Notes: generated by a model from the sequence alone, not told the origin. A stretch of 64,000 bases of DNA from Octopus vulgaris (GCA_951406725.2 OX597828.1:48236001-48300000), one strand, 5' to 3'. Shown: positions 26,396-41,043, counted from the stretch's first letter. Numbers and translations: made by a program.

Positions 26396-28798
26396 TTATA
26401 TATATATATATATATATTCAATTTTCGAATTCAAGCAGAATGTATGCACCACACACAATGCACTTTGGTATTGTCCAGGTCGTTGATAACAGTAACACCA
26501 TGACCAACTGGTATTGCAGTACATGTCTCTGATAAGGTAAAACTGATTTGAAATTGAACCAATCAGTGAACATGGTGTGTATTCCGACCAATGAATGGAC
26601 ATGCACCATGGGTGGACTCATGTATGTATTACCTTAATTTGTCTTCACATAAATGTGCGGTGTTGTTGTCTTCACTGAAGTTATCAGGTCAGACATTTAT
26701 GTTCCATTGCCTCCAAGTCTTAACACGTATGAACTGCTTTAAACAAGTGTTACCATCATACAAACAGTGTCATTTGTTTGCAATCTCCCATCAATACATG
26801 TACAGCCATTATGCTGTTCATGTTTGAAGGACTAGGGAAAATATCTTATTTATAGGCAGGTAAGGGTTGATATCAGGAAAAGCATCCAGCTTTAGAAAAT
26901 CTGCCTCTATGAATTTCATCATAAGCATGGAAAAAGTAGACATTAAAACAATTTGGTTGGGGAAAACAAAACTTGAAAATCACTTTACATTATCTTCTGC
27001 CACCTGGTATGTTGGCAGTAAGAGTTATCAGCTGAAATACTTTGGTTACATAAGGACTTCCCCAGCCTACTGGGGGTTTGTGATGGGCTCCCAAATGACT
27101 CTTATCTTGGTGATAGGAAGCAATATTTGAATGCAGAACACATTCAAAAGAGATACTCGCAAATTATCTTGCTCTACCATTCCATTAGTTCACCATTCTG
27201 ATCTGGCATTTAATTCACTGAACCCAGAATGGTTGACTCAGGTACTGGAACAAATCCCATAAAACATTTTAATAGGACACTCTTAAAACCCTAATTGTGT
27301 TGTGTGTGTATGTCTGTGTACACACCTGCGTGTATCATGATCATTTAGTGACTGTTGTTTCAATGCTGGCATGGGTTGCATGGTTTGATAGAATGTGGTA
27401 AGCCAAGGGGCTGTGCCAAGCTACAGTATCAGTCATGACACGGTTTCTACAGTAGAATACCCTCCTAACACCAACCACCTAACAGAATGTACTGGGTGTA
27501 CTTTTCGTGAGGTCATCATTTAAGTTGCATGACAGTCGAGGACAGGAAAGAGAAAAGCCCTCATGAGTAAGCGATATCAAATACCACTGAAGAAAGGGAT
27601 GGTGTCGTAAATGCCTTTTAGGAATCTTTTTGAATACGTTCTGTTAAGATCAACTTTGCTTTTCCATTGATACAAGGGTCACTCATAGAGAGTGACAAAG
27701 ATATTATAGAGGGAATCAAGATCAAAATCATTGGGCTATCCATCACCCTTTAACAAAGGGGTCACTGTTCCTGGGCAAACTGTTTATGTGTTACTACATC
27801 AGGAGGCTGATCCTTTTAGCTAATGTTATCTATATGCATGTAGGTCCCTCTTCGTGTATGTCATGTAATTACGTATGTGTGTGTACATGTGTATAAGTAT
27901 CATGTCCATATGTGTATATTACATCATATCTACGCTTCGTGTGTGTATATTACGCCAAGTCCATTTGGGTGTGTCTAATGTTATGTCCATGTGTATACGC
28001 GTATTATATCATGTCACAGTGTATGAGATCATGTATGTATGACATGTCTATGTGTCACGTGTGTCTATATATTACATCACGTGTATGTATGTGTAAGTAT
28101 GTGTCTGTTAATACCTATCAGGTAAGTTGTTAATTATGTGTATACCATACGCAATTAATTATACATATGCGAGTACGAGTGTGTGTGTGTATATAATGTA
28201 ATTGAGTATGTGTATGTCACACAAGTATATAGCATGACATGTAACAGGTATGAAACCGATAATAAAAGAAAGGTAAAACACATATCAAACAGATATGAAG
28301 ATGGAAAGTTAAGCTGTGTTATGGTTTTGACAGTATATAAACAACAAACAGCACATGTAAATAAATATGGAAGTTATTAGTTATATTTACATAGAAGTCG
28401 GTAGAAGAGTGATGAACATGTGTCCCGGCTGTGGGCAAACATCTTAGAAATATTTAATAAATAACGAAACATGAACAGACGAAAAGAGAATAGAAAGAGG
28501 AAAAAGAAAAGATATATATATATATATAATAATATATAAGAAGAAGTCAGGTAGAAATTGTCATCAAATTGTTTAAAGAACATGGAACTAGCCATTGTAC
28601 ATCACCTCGTCCACAAGTAGTCGTAGCAGTAGCGGTATTACAGCCAGTGGAGTTAACGTGGCAGAGAGTTAAAGTGCAACTAGGATATTGGCAGTGGTCG
28701 TGTAGGAGCATCCTTGTTAATACAGTGGAATGTTTGTCTTCGTTGGACATTCCACCGGCCATTCGAATGGCGAGCCACTCATGGTTAAGGCCACTTAC

Positions 28799-28919
28799 GT
28801 TCTATCGAAAAACCCAGTGCAACTCCTTCACTCGACGCTACTCCGACTACTCCCCCTCTTTGAGATTTTTTCTACGTTAAAAGTATTTTGCTGTGACGAT
28901 AATTACGAATCGGATTTTA
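28799..28919 (-). other. candidate non-coding exon of a divergent minus-strand transcript
   Basis: Minus strand: polypyrimidine acceptor ttcttttattag| ... AAC|GTAAGT donor; CpG-rich unique sequence. Confidence 0.4.
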
Positions 28920-29439
28920 CTAATAAAAGAACTTGAATATTAAAAAAGAAAACAATATTGGTTATTGAACGTGATTTTGAGACAAGAATAAATAAAATTG
29001 AATCGGTGCGAATATAACGGAAGTTGTACATATCTACACACATAATATACATATATATGTATATACGTACGTACGTGTGTGTATGTGTGTATATATCTAT
29101 ATATTTTTATAATTATTCTTTTTTTAAAATAATATAAATTTCTCAGTGGAAAATTTTCAGTGAAATTAAAAATATATCAAGGAAAAAAGCAGAAGTTCCG
29201 TATTTCTTGGTTCATATACGTTCTCACGTTCTCAAAAAAAGCCTCCACGAACGATAATCCATAAACGAATGAATAATATTTAAATGAATATTTAAAAATT
29301 ACAAAAAAAAACCCATTGTATATTCATTGAAACTTTATTTATTTTCTGCGATTTATATATAAAAATATTAATTTTTAAAAGATAATATCGTGTTTGTGTG
29401 TAGATGTATTATGTGATCGGCGATGTTATTTGTAGAGTA

Positions 29440-29620
29440 GGTAAGGGGCCGAGCTAAACAGGTCAATCCTCCCCACAGTTCGGCCATTTTACAGTTGCTG
29501 CTTCTTCTTCTTAGACACACTTTTACCAACACACACTCGTGCTAAGGTCGTTCGCCTCGTACGGAGTCCTCAAATCTAGTTCGGCCCGACTCAACACTAC
29601 AAACTCCAACAACAGAGATC
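29440..29620 (-). promoter_or_regulatory. candidate promoter/first exon of minus-strand gene
   Basis: CpG-rich unique patch; YY1-like AAAATGGCCG on the minus strand (29481-29490); possible donor TTG|GTAAAA at 29527. Confidence 0.35.
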
Positions 29621-29764
29621 TTATATACATATATATACACATATATATATATACTTTTACATACATAGAGACACAGAGTGAGGAGCAAAAAAAAAAAAAA
29701 AAAAAAAAGAAAAGAGACAGAAACATATAAAGATATTTTCTATATCCGCAGTTTTCTACTGCCT

Positions 29765-30790
29765 TCGTCTTTAAAACACATTTGAAGTATGTAAACCAGT
29801 CTTTTTTTTCACCTTTCATTTCATTTCATTTTTTCCCTCCTCTCTCTCTATATATATATATTTCTCTTACCTGTTTTTTCCCCCCTATTTTCTCAGCGGT
29901 GGTGTGCCCCAGCATGGCCGCGGCGGCCTTCTTGCTAAAACACTTTTAAGGATTTTAAGGGATTTATATCTCATCAAATTGCATACACTCACAGATACAG
30001 GCTATATATATATCCTTACAATATATATATATATATTTCTCTTACCTGTTTTTTTCTCTGCGGTGGTGCTCCAGCATGGCCGCGGCCTTCGGTCTAAAAC
30101 ATTTTTAAAGGATTTTAAGGGATTTATATCTCATCAAATTGCATACACTCAGATACAGGGTATATATATATATCCTTAGAATATATATATATATATATAT
30201 ACATATCCATATTTCCCCCCCCCCTCTTTTCTCAGCGGTAGTATTGCCCCAGCATGGCCGCGGCGGCCTTCGGCCTAAAACATTTAAAAAGGATTTTAAG
30301 GGATTTATATCTCACATCAATTTACATACACTCACAGATACAGGCTATATATATCCTCAGAATACATATATATATATATATATATATACATATCCATATT
30401 TCCTACATCGGTCTGTGTAAAACACGTTGAAGTATGTAAGCCAGTATTTTCTCCATTTCATTTCATTTACCTTCTTCTCTATTTCTCTCTCTCACACTTC
30501 CTCAAGATATACATACATGCACAGACACAGGATATATATACCCAATACCCAAGCTATATATATATATATATATATATGTCCATAATTCCTATAGCGATCT
30601 TTAAAATATACGAAATATGTAACCAGCCCAAGTCTTCCCCATCTCATTTCACTTCATTTTTTCCCCTCTATATGTTTCTCTTACCAGTTTTTTCTTTCCC
30701 CATCTTTTCTCTGACATTTCATCAAGATATATACACATACATATACATACATAGACGCAAGCTATATATATATATATATCTTTATATTGG
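29765..30790. repeat. compound tandem repeat (three ~175-bp units plus recurring flanking block)
   Basis: Unit GCGGTGGTGCYCCAGCATGGCCGCGG..GGATTTTAAGGGATTTATATCTC..CAGATACAGG x3; block AAAACAC..GAAGTATGTAA..TTTCATTTCA at ~29770, ~30415 and ~30600. Confidence 0.8.
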
Positions 30791-31121
30791 AATATATCTT
30801 ATAATTCCTACAACTGTCTGAAGTCTGTAGCTTGTTCCTTTTTTTCTTTAATTTTTGCCCTCCTGTCGCTTTCTTTATCCATTCTTCTTCATTTCTGAGG
30901 AGCTTTGTAGAAAAATTAAGGCGCCAGCTTCCTTTTTCTGTCTCTTCTGATTTCTTTTTTTTCCATTCTTCAGTGGAAAATTGATTCCTTTTAGAAAGGT
31001 AAATGAGGCTTTATATACATATATATATACTGTATATATATATATATATATGTTGAACATTTATATATGTTGAACGATAATGTGTATATTTAAAGCATAC
31101 ATAAATACATATCAAACAGAT

Positions 31122-31170
<49 letters not shown>

Positions 31171-31356
31171 GCTTTGCAGTTTATTGTATTTCTTAACAAT
31201 TGGGTGTAAAGATGAATGTATAGCGAGGAAAATTTAATTCTACATTTTCCATACATGCATTTCACATATATACACTCACACATTCGGGGGGTAAAAAACC
31301 AGGGACTTTTCAGGGGGGAAAATCTTTCTTGAAACGCATTTTTGTTGTACCCTCAC

Positions 31357-31920
31357 ATATATATATATATATATATTTGTGTATGTATACGTGTGTATAT
31401 ATGTATATATATTTGTGTGTGTATATATATGTATATATATTTGTGTGTGTATATATGTATATATATTTGTGTGTGTATATATATATATATATATATTTGT
31501 GTGTATATATATGTATATATATATATATATATTTGTGTAAGTACCGTATACGTGTGTATATATGTATATATATATATTTGTGTATGTATGTGTATATATA
31601 TATATATATAATTTGTATGAATACGTGTATATATGTATATATATATTTGTGTATGTATACGTGTGTATATATGTATATATATATATATTTGTGTATGTAT
31701 ACGTGTGTATATATGTATATATATATATTTGTGTATGTATACGTGTGTATATATATGTGTATGTATTCGTGTGTATATATGTATATATATATATTTGTAT
31801 GAATACGTGTGTATATATGTATACCTATATATATATATTTGTGTATGTATACGTGTGTATATATGTACATATATATTTGTGTATGTATACGTGTGTGTAT
31901 ATATTTATATATATATATAT
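31357..31920. repeat. compound TA/TG minisatellite (~30-34-bp unit)
   Basis: (TA)nTTTGTGTATGTATACGTGTGTATATATG repeated more than 15 times. Confidence 0.9.
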
Positions 31921-32474
31921 AAACCCAACAATTGTATTTACTGTTATATTCTTCGTTCTAAAACGCCGCCCGCTTTTGAAGTATTTTCATGCATCTCAGG
32001 GTTTGCCCCGATCTTGTTAGGAAATCTACCTATGTGCATATTGTATATATAATATATATAAATATATTCCCATGTAGTGGTACGCCCAAACTAAATACTA
32101 CCATATAAATAAATGTATGTATATATAATTTTCATTCTGTGTATTATAGATGTTTATATTGCCGATGATTGCAATATTTCCTTAATAATCATCGCCATTG
32201 CATGTGTTAAACATCTCCCTCTATACTTTTTGTTTTCCCCACCCGTTGGTTCTCCTTATTTTCCTTTTAATTTCCCTTCATTTCACATTTGCAAAAGGAA
32301 CGTATATATGTATGTTTGTTGACAGGAGGCAAGAAAAGGAATATCGTTAATATATGTATTATGTGTGCCTAGTTCCTTCTATCTGTGCTGCAAAACCGCA
32401 CGGCATTGGCCATTGATCCAGGTTTTCTGTGTAATTATATCAATTTCACTATATACGCTCGGGAAATTATTTCA

Positions 32475-32530
<56 letters not shown>

Positions 32531-35500
32531 GAGGCGATCCTTTACCATCGCCATATATATATATATATAATATCATTAACAGATATTACACGCTGATAGT
32601 TCCCACTAGCACATGGCCAGCTAGGTTCCTGTCGCCTTAATTTCACTCCGTGGCTTCACGTAATCACCCACACCCACCATAGGCCCTATATATACACATA
32701 TATATATATATATGTGTGTATGTATATATATAATGTATGTGTGTGTGTGTATAAGGATATTGCGCCTGGGTGTATTTTATTAGATCTAAAAGAATGAGTT
32801 AAATGGTTTTCCTCCATGAAAATGTGACTACTGACTGGAAAGGCGATGGTTAAAATTGTCTCATCTGATATATAGAAACTAAAAGAAAAAAAACCCCTTA
32901 ATCTTGTCTTTTTTTTTTTTAATGCTTTAAATCATTATTATCAACCCTTCATTGAAGTAAATCGTACGACATTTATCTTGGTCCGAAATCCCCCGATCAT
33001 TGCAAGAAAATCTTTATTTGAAAAACCTTCACTGAAGAAAAACTACTTCTTTCCTGCCCGAATCAGTCGTTTTACTATGTCACCTTTTTTATATTTTTTT
33101 TATTGCATTTATTTGTATCGTTGCTTTACGTTTTACTAAAAAAATTTTAATGAAAATATATAAATATTTAGTCTGAAAACCCGATTGCGGTTGGAACTGA
33201 ACTGATCAGGGAATCGTCCTTTTCTCTTCCTCAATCTCGCGTTACTTGCCGTTGCACCATGTGTTATTACGCAACAGAATATAGTCTGTGTAGCTTTCGC
33301 CATATATATATATATATATATATATATTTATTTATGTAGTATGCGTGTGTGTATATTTTGTTTTTGTTGCTAAGTCAGGCTTGTAGTTTCCTTATTTTGA
33401 TCACACAGTGATGATGCTGTAGTTTTTGGTCGCTGGTAATTTGATTGAAGAGATTTTTACGGGGAGGAACCGATAAGCTTCGCTTCGATGTGTGTGAGGC
33501 GGCGAGAGGAATAAGTCCCATTGAGTGCGTGGTGGTGGCGGTGGTAGTAGTGTGTATCGGGAGAGGAGGTTGGCTGTTCCAGTTTGTCTTCCTGCTATAC
33601 ATGTATTACTACGATCGGTGAACCGCCTCTCACTATCGCCATCGTTCCTCGATTTTTCAATCACAAAACTCTTGTATTTACTTTTTATTTTTATATTCGG
33701 AACCATCATCGTCCAACTTGTAGGATATTTGTATTCGCGTGTGCGCACACGCATATACGTGTGTGTATATATAAAAATGTGTGCGTGTCATGATTACAAA
33801 TTGGTGCCCCACCGGCCTCGTTTCTTTGTAACTTTCTGAAAAAAAGGCATATATTTTTAAAATGAAATTTGGCAGATACATTTTCATAGAAGTAAATTAC
33901 AATTATTTTGATAAAATTTTGAAATTTGTTTTTGGAGTTTCGGAGGATCGATCTTACTCCATCCAAGCTGTCTTCGTTACCACCACCAGTTTCCTAGTTT
34001 GAATATTTTTCTAAGGTTTATGTTTGAAACCTCATTGTGTAATAATCTCCACTCGCTTAGCACATTTCCACAAAATGTCATTTAATGACTTGCGAGCAAG
34101 ACTTCATTTTGTATATCCCCCGCCAAATAAAACACCCCTTTATTTTTTCCTGGGAGAAAATGGGTGGGGTGTCTTTCCTTGCAAAGTTTCTTTAAATATA
34201 AACTATAATTTTCAGAAAACTGGAACAGTCATTGAGGCCCTAAACTTTAGATGTGCCTTTGTGTTATGTGTATTAATTGAAATGAGTGGTTTCTTCGCTG
34301 AGTGATAAAACGCTAGTTTAAAATGGGTAGTAAGTTATCTAGATGAGTTTTTCTGTCCAGCTTTATCAATGGTCCTGCTATACCGGGTTTGCGGTTCCGT
34401 TGGTGGTTGGTGCACCAGACCATATCCTCTTGGAAACTTGTTCACATTTCAAATTGCTCCTGTCATATAAGACTGGCCATTCATTTATCCGTCAACGCTA
34501 AATATAGAAGCGACCAAACGTGTTTAATGGAATAACCATAGGTCAGATCTGATCGAGTTGATCTGTAGACATGGTCATTGTGTTTTCTCAATTGTATTAT
34601 CCCCTCTTGTTAATGCTTTATTATTATTAAAGATAATAGGAAATCATCTGAAGGATATTTTGCTGCTGTTTCTAGCGAATCCAGTGACTACATAGAGGCT
34701 TGTTCGATTTTTGATATGTAGCACTAGTTTTGGTTAGAAAGGACCGTTACCCGGGAGACCCCATTCTACCCATCGTATTCACAGTTAATAAAAGCAAGCG
34801 TGAATTGTTACGGGTTTTTTTATTTATTACACTAACACATGCACTGTGTGTATGTATAAAATCTGTAAACTGTGTATTTATTGGTCAAGTATAAAAGCCA
34901 GTTGTCTCTTTTTCATCCCGATCAGATAAGCATTGATTGATGGTCACATGTCTTTCAGATATCTTTTCCATCGTTTCTCGTTATTTAGTGGTGTAACAAC
35001 ATCGGCCTTTACTGCAGAGCAAGTTCGATCTTGCTGAGAGGACTGAATCTATTAGTAATGTAAAGCGTGCAAGTCTGTTGATTCGACTGGACTTCACTGG
35101 ATGTTGTTTGACTCCCAGGTCAGCACTTATCGAACAGCCTTATTGACTAAAGGCATTCCAAACGTAAAATGTTCCACATTTTTGTGTAACAGGAACTAGT
35201 GTTTCACACATCTAGACGAGAAGGTATGATGCGAGGATTTCGCTGCTATTTCTTGTAACGTCCAGTGACCACAAGAGAGTAGTCCTTCGTTAGCTCGGGA
35301 CCCTGCTTATTAAGACTTGATCTTCCTTTCTCACAAACATTATTTTTGATACCAGATGGTGTTTGGGTAAATGTTACCAGTATATTTTTTTACTTCAGTG
35401 ATTGCGAACTAGGAAGTGATATAGACTGAACTGTCGCAATAGTCCGTATATGTTTATATATACTGTGTTCATTGAATAGCAGGCCTGAAGGTGCAGTATT

Positions 35501-36049
35501 TAATTTTTTTTTTTTTTTTGCCTTGCCTCCTAGCTTAGAAATATATTTAGCTGATAATTATGTAGGTGGAATATGTAGTTATTTCACACGGAGATTCGAT
35601 GTCATAAGCTTCCTTGTGTATATTTTTTTTCCTAGTAAATCTGGTTTCATTATAGAAAAACGCGCGTGTGTGTGTGTGTGTGTGGGCATATATTATAAGC
35701 CTTCATTAAAATGGTGCTGCACACATGGTGGTGAAATTTGGCCGAACATCAAAGCTAATAATTAATCTTTTGTTGGTTTTTCCTGTCTGTTTAATGTTTG
35801 CCTTATATTTTGGCGGCCCCTGGTTGAATTTTCAATTAATAATCTTAATTGTTATCCAGATGCTTACACGCTTTGTACTCGTGTATAAAACTTCTTGTTG
35901 ATATGTACACGTATTCTTCCGCCCTTCTCTCTATCTCTACACACACACTTTTTTCACTCTCTTCTTCCTACCACCTCTGTTCTCTATCTGTACTCTCTCT
36001 CTCTCTCCCCTCCTATCACCACTTTTCTCTCTATATTCTCTGCCTTGCT

Positions 36050-36329
36050 GTCTGTCTGTCACATGGCGGCCATACTTCTTCCCTCCCATATTTCTCTTTC
36101 CTTAATTGCTTTTTACTCCTTTCGTCTGCCCTACAGTCGTGTTTCTCTCTGCTAACAGTAGGGATTTTTCTAATCTTTATATAATAAAACCGTCCCTCTA
36201 ACACGCCGACCTTTAACCGCTTCACTTTTTCCTGTTGCGTCTTTGTCGGCGCTCGATAGCTGATTAACTGTTGGAAGTAGGCAACAAGATGTTGAGGGCT
36301 TCATCCTTTTCCAACGTGAAGCGAGTGCG
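36050..36329 (+). promoter_or_regulatory. probable hnRNP K promoter and non-coding first exon
   Basis: Locally CpG-rich; YY1-type motif CATGGCGGC at 36062-36070; pyrimidine-rich start region; donor GCG|GTAAAT at 36329/36330. Confidence 0.5.
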
Positions 36330-39049
36330 GTAAATGTAAAATTTAGTTTGCATTCCACGGTTTCTTTACGTTTGTGTATATATTTAAAAGATGCAATTTA
36401 TTATTTGAGAGATTGCTACCGAAGCGATTCTCTAGCCTGGAGTTTGTTACTGCAAAAACTACTGGCCTCTGAACCATTCCTACCACCCACATTCTCAGCT
36501 AATAATAGATTATATATTAGTGTTTTTCGCTTATTTAGCTCTTTCTCCGTTTGCACGCTTGTCTGTCTGTGTGTGTGTTTATATATACACAATCTCCCTC
36601 TAACTGGATTCTTAGTTAATCTTCGTGTTTCTGCGTCCGTGTCCCACATCCGAAGTAGATTTAAAAATCTGTAAATCATAGGAGAACGCTAGATTTCACT
36701 ATTATTATTATAGACTCCAAAGTATACCTAGACAGTGGAGTGGTCTACTCGGCTCTCGTCTGGTTTCGGGCCTATTTCACTTTTAGCGGTCCGCATGCAG
36801 TTAGTAACCTTATTAGTAACCTGGTTCTTCCAAAAGAAATGTTGCTGAGTAACGCAGCATTAAAGAACTGAACAATGAAAAAGGTTCTTGAAATTTATCA
36901 AATAATCAAAACAATTTTTAATGCCATAAAAGGTAAAGGTCAGAAGCAACTTGTTTCCCCAAAATTGAAAACTGCTTCGTCACGAAGTCGTAGCTACGTG
37001 TAAAGGAAGGAAAAAATACTGGCGCCAAGCAGTCTACCTCCAGCTTGTTGAAGTCAGGTGTTATAGCATAGGTTGATTTTTTTTTTTTTTTTCTTTCTTT
37101 CCGAAGTATTGTATTCTAGTGTAATAAAATGACGCAAACGAACCGGCTACTCCACTATTATTGTAGTATTATTATTAACTATAATACCTCGAAGGGCGTG
37201 TCGTTCGTGAGGAGGTTTAAAAGTGAGTACAATTAATTTTCTTTTTAAAAAAAAAAAAAAAAAGGTCGCTGGACCAGCTGAAATTATTAGGCAACGATTT
37301 CTAAGTTCCCTGACTTTGTTATTTCCTTTCAAACTGAATTAGTAAACCGTAGCGGTGCTATATTTTGAATATATTACTGATAGCGATACTATCAAAATTT
37401 CTGATATTGAATATAAGGAAGCATATAGCTTAGAACTAAAGGTAAAACCTCTCGATTGCGCGCCTCGGTTTCATTGCCAACGTTTGAGTCTTTGAGTTTA
37501 ACCAGCGTTGCTCATGAGAGAGAGAGAGAGAGAGAGTGTGTGTGTGTGTGTTAGGAACGTGCATTTCTCTAAATTGAGGAATTGGTAAAATCTAGAAATA
37601 AAAACGGCAGATGAAGTAAAATTTTAGCGTTTACCCTCCTGTTTTAGGTTTGTTAATTCTGTTGATTATAAATACACCTCGTCACAGTAGTGGAAGTAAT
37701 GAAATATGCAAGAGTTTTGTAATCTTTTGTTTTCATTTCTTGTGTGAGTAATGCTTATTATGAAAATACATGAACGTCACAACTTCCAATTTCTTCGTCT
37801 TCAAAAATATCAGCCTTTTTTATGCAGTCCAAGGGAAGAAAATACTGCATCCAATCTTGTGTGTGTGTGTATTAAATTGTCTGCCTTGTACAGACTGCAT
37901 TGGGTGTGGTTATTTTGTGTTTTGGGCTTTTGGCACTCACCCACTCTCAACAACATTCGTTTTTTTCCATCCTGTGTGAATATGGATTATATTGTTTTAT
38001 TTGGTTGTCTTTCTACCTTTTGCTGTAATATTATGACATTAACGAAGAGTTTTTAATTTCTAGTGTCGGTTATACTTCAACATTGAGCTATTTAGATTAT
38101 ATAATCATGAATCCCTATATTTATTCTTTAAAAAATTCGTGTGGACGGATTTAAATATTGCGTTTGGGCGAAGTTGCGCGATGGTGTAACTTAGTGTGAT
38201 TATTGAAAGGGTAGCGAGCAACGTGGGCCCTACTATTCAATTTCTTGCCTGCTAAGCCCTCTATTTAAGTTTCAATTCTTACTCAACTCTGCCCATCTGA
38301 TACTATTAGGGCTTAATTAATGGGAAATAATGTTGGCAATGGGTTCTCTCATTTGGTACGCTAGGTCATAAATAACAGGAATAAATCTTTGGATCAGGGT
38401 TAAGGTGGTTTATGATTAACTCCGAAATGGGAGCGATCCCCTTCTATGTTCGAACTCGGGCCTTGGTAAACAAATCAGACATTATTGCTTGTAGCATTCG
38501 TCGTTCACTTTAATATTTATCGTGTCCATGGATGGTAATTATTAGTTTACGAGTGAAAAAAAAATGGCTATGAGATATTGGCAAGTATTTCATTACTGAT
38601 GCAACAGTTTCTATTGATTTCACTATTGATAACGTGGTCACAGCTTTGGAACTCGATTAACTACGCATCTCTCTCTCTCTCTTTAATATATATATAAATT
38701 TTATGGTGGGTCTGCTAGAATAGAGCAGGGTTTTGTGGACTGATATTCTCTTTCCCCATCCTACCCAGGAAAAAGTATCTTGTCACCATGACCCCAGTGT
38801 GCGGACAAGGAATAATTGTTGCTATAATGAAACAAGTTTATTTTGTGATCACAAACTGAAAGTGAAAGAAATATTGACAGGAAAACGTGTCCATGTTTAT
38901 TTTTTATTTATGATTTCTTCGGATTCCTGTTTTTAAAGGCAGACTTCGATATGTGAGGTAGGCTGTGTTTAAAAATATGGAGAATATGATTCTGAACATT
39001 TTTTGGTCCCAGAATTTCAGTCCCGATTGTGTTGGATAATTTTTCACTT

Positions 39050-39395
39050 AGGTAGCTTCCCAACCACATGGCTCTGAATTCAGTCCTACTGCGTGGCATC
39101 TTGGGCAGGTGTCTTCCACTATAGTTTCGGTCCGACCAGAGCCATGAGTGGATTTGGTAGGCAGAAACTCAAAGAAGCCCGTCCTATGTGTGTGTGTGTG
39201 TATAGCTTTGTGTTTGTCCATTATCACCGCTTGACAACCGGTGTTTACATTTCTGTAACTTCACCGTTCGGCGAAATAGATCGATAGAATAAGTACCAGG
39301 CTTAAACTTAATACTGAGGTCGATACATTTTTCTAAAAGTTCTTAAAGGCGTTGCCCCAGCGTGGCCACAGTCTAATAACTGAAACGAAAGATAA
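39050..39395 (+). mobile_element. SINE family A (diverged)
   Basis: Same body and tail motifs. Confidence 0.75.
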
Positions 39396-40453
39396 ACCGA
39401 AATAACGCTCACCAAAAAAAGTTTTAATAAAACATCTGGTGTTGATCAACTGGAAACTTTATTTCATGTGATTATTTAAATACAATTAAATTCTTAATGA
39501 GTTGGTGTTAAAGATGTAAATATCTTGGTTGTGAAAATAAAAACTTATTTCAGTTTGTCATGCTGTAAGATATTCTAGGCCAGCTTTTGGATTGTAACAT
39601 TTGATATATATCGTTTTCTTCTTGAAACTTGCACTCTATAGCAATTGATTAAAACTTTCACTTTTGCTGACGTTCTTCTCAGTCCGGACCTTTTTAGCTT
39701 TCACTTCTAGAGATGGCTGTTGGTTTTCTTATTTCATAGATTTAAAGTTACATAGATATATTTTTGATAAACTTATGGCACCATGTTAGACGTGAACAGT
39801 ATTGCTTTCATATTCTTGCTTGAATGTATATTGTTGAATATAATATATTGAAATGTAAGCTGAAGCTGGCAGAAATGAAAACGGTACACTATTCTCTTAG
39901 ATTTCCAAATCCTGTATTAAAGTTGTTTTACAAGATTTAATACCTTGACATAAGCAAATCCATCTAACCCCCTAAATTATAGTTAATCCATTGTAATTAG
40001 CTAAATTGCTGGTTAGTGAATTTTGTACTTGGTGAGATTTATTTTCTTTTCTCTTTAAAGGGTTGTTAACATATAAGGTTGATATTGTCTTTTTTTCTGG
40101 TTGCATACTGGTGATGCTAGATTCCCGGATGAGGATATAAGTGAAAGTAAACTATAACTGTATAAAATATAATTTTGAGCTAATTATACTAATGACTTTT
40201 ATCAGATTGTTTTGTGTATAGACATCAAAATAAAACTTTAAATGATATCTCTTTGAAGTACTATTCACAGCTAGATTTTCCCCCTAATTTAAGCTTCATA
40301 ATTTATAATTTCATTAACATAGTTTGTTGGCTGGTGTGGTCTGATTTTTTTGTATCGTGGCTATATTAAAGATTCCTGCCTATTTTTGTCTATTGGTGCA
40401 ACAAGTAATTTCGTTGGTCCAGATTTTCTTCTCATATCAATTTGTGTCTGTGC

Positions 40454-40528
<75 letters not shown>

Positions 40529-41027
40529 GAAACATCAGATTTTAGATATTAGTTGATGCATTTGATCCTGTGTAAAATTCTAATTCTTCAGCAGTAAAAG
40601 TAATTTTGAAAGTTCAGTTGAACCCTTTTGATATTAACCTGCCCAAGACTTCCAGTGCTATAAGCGATCTTTGTTAAAACCTTCCATCAAAATACCATGC
40701 TAATTTACATTCCAAATACCGGGTGTAGTAAAGACAAAGTTATTCCACTAAATTCTTCATTATTTTCAAAATTAATTGAAGCCAATGCTGTAATGAATTT
40801 TGGTAACAAAAGGATAAAGTACCTATATAGTAGTGTTGGGAATGTTTTCATTTGCTTCGTCTTAGTCCATTTGTCCTAACTTTAAACACACCATTATTGC
40901 TTTGTTTCCTTTCTCGTTGTAGGTGTGGTAAAGTGTTAAGTGAAGAAATAATTTCTTTTCAACAATAACAGTTGCTTCCACAGCACTCCTTAGAGATTTC
41001 ATTGAAACTTTTGGTCATCAATTAACG

Positions 41028-41043
41028 ATGGACTCGAAAGAAG
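41028..41043 (+). CDS. HNRNPK: hnRNP K coding exon 1 (MDSKE/G); exon begins 40923 with 5'UTR
   Basis: Polypyrimidine acceptor ttctcgttgtag ends at 40922; ATG at 41028; G|GTGAGT donor; phase 1 fits the next exon. Confidence 0.75.

Noticed and set aside
26420-26830. Unique-looking stretch with two CCAAT boxes and short ORFs
   Set aside because: No coherent frame or splice context; more likely an old transposon fragment, family unassignable.
31310-32052. Long Y/I/H/T- or V/Y/C-rich ORFs (up to 186 aa)
   Set aside because: Translations of the TA/TG minisatellite, open in several frames on both strands.
40061-40146. Extra 5'UTR exon of hnRNP K
   Set aside because: Good acceptor but only weak, ambiguous donors; cannot be supported without transcripts.
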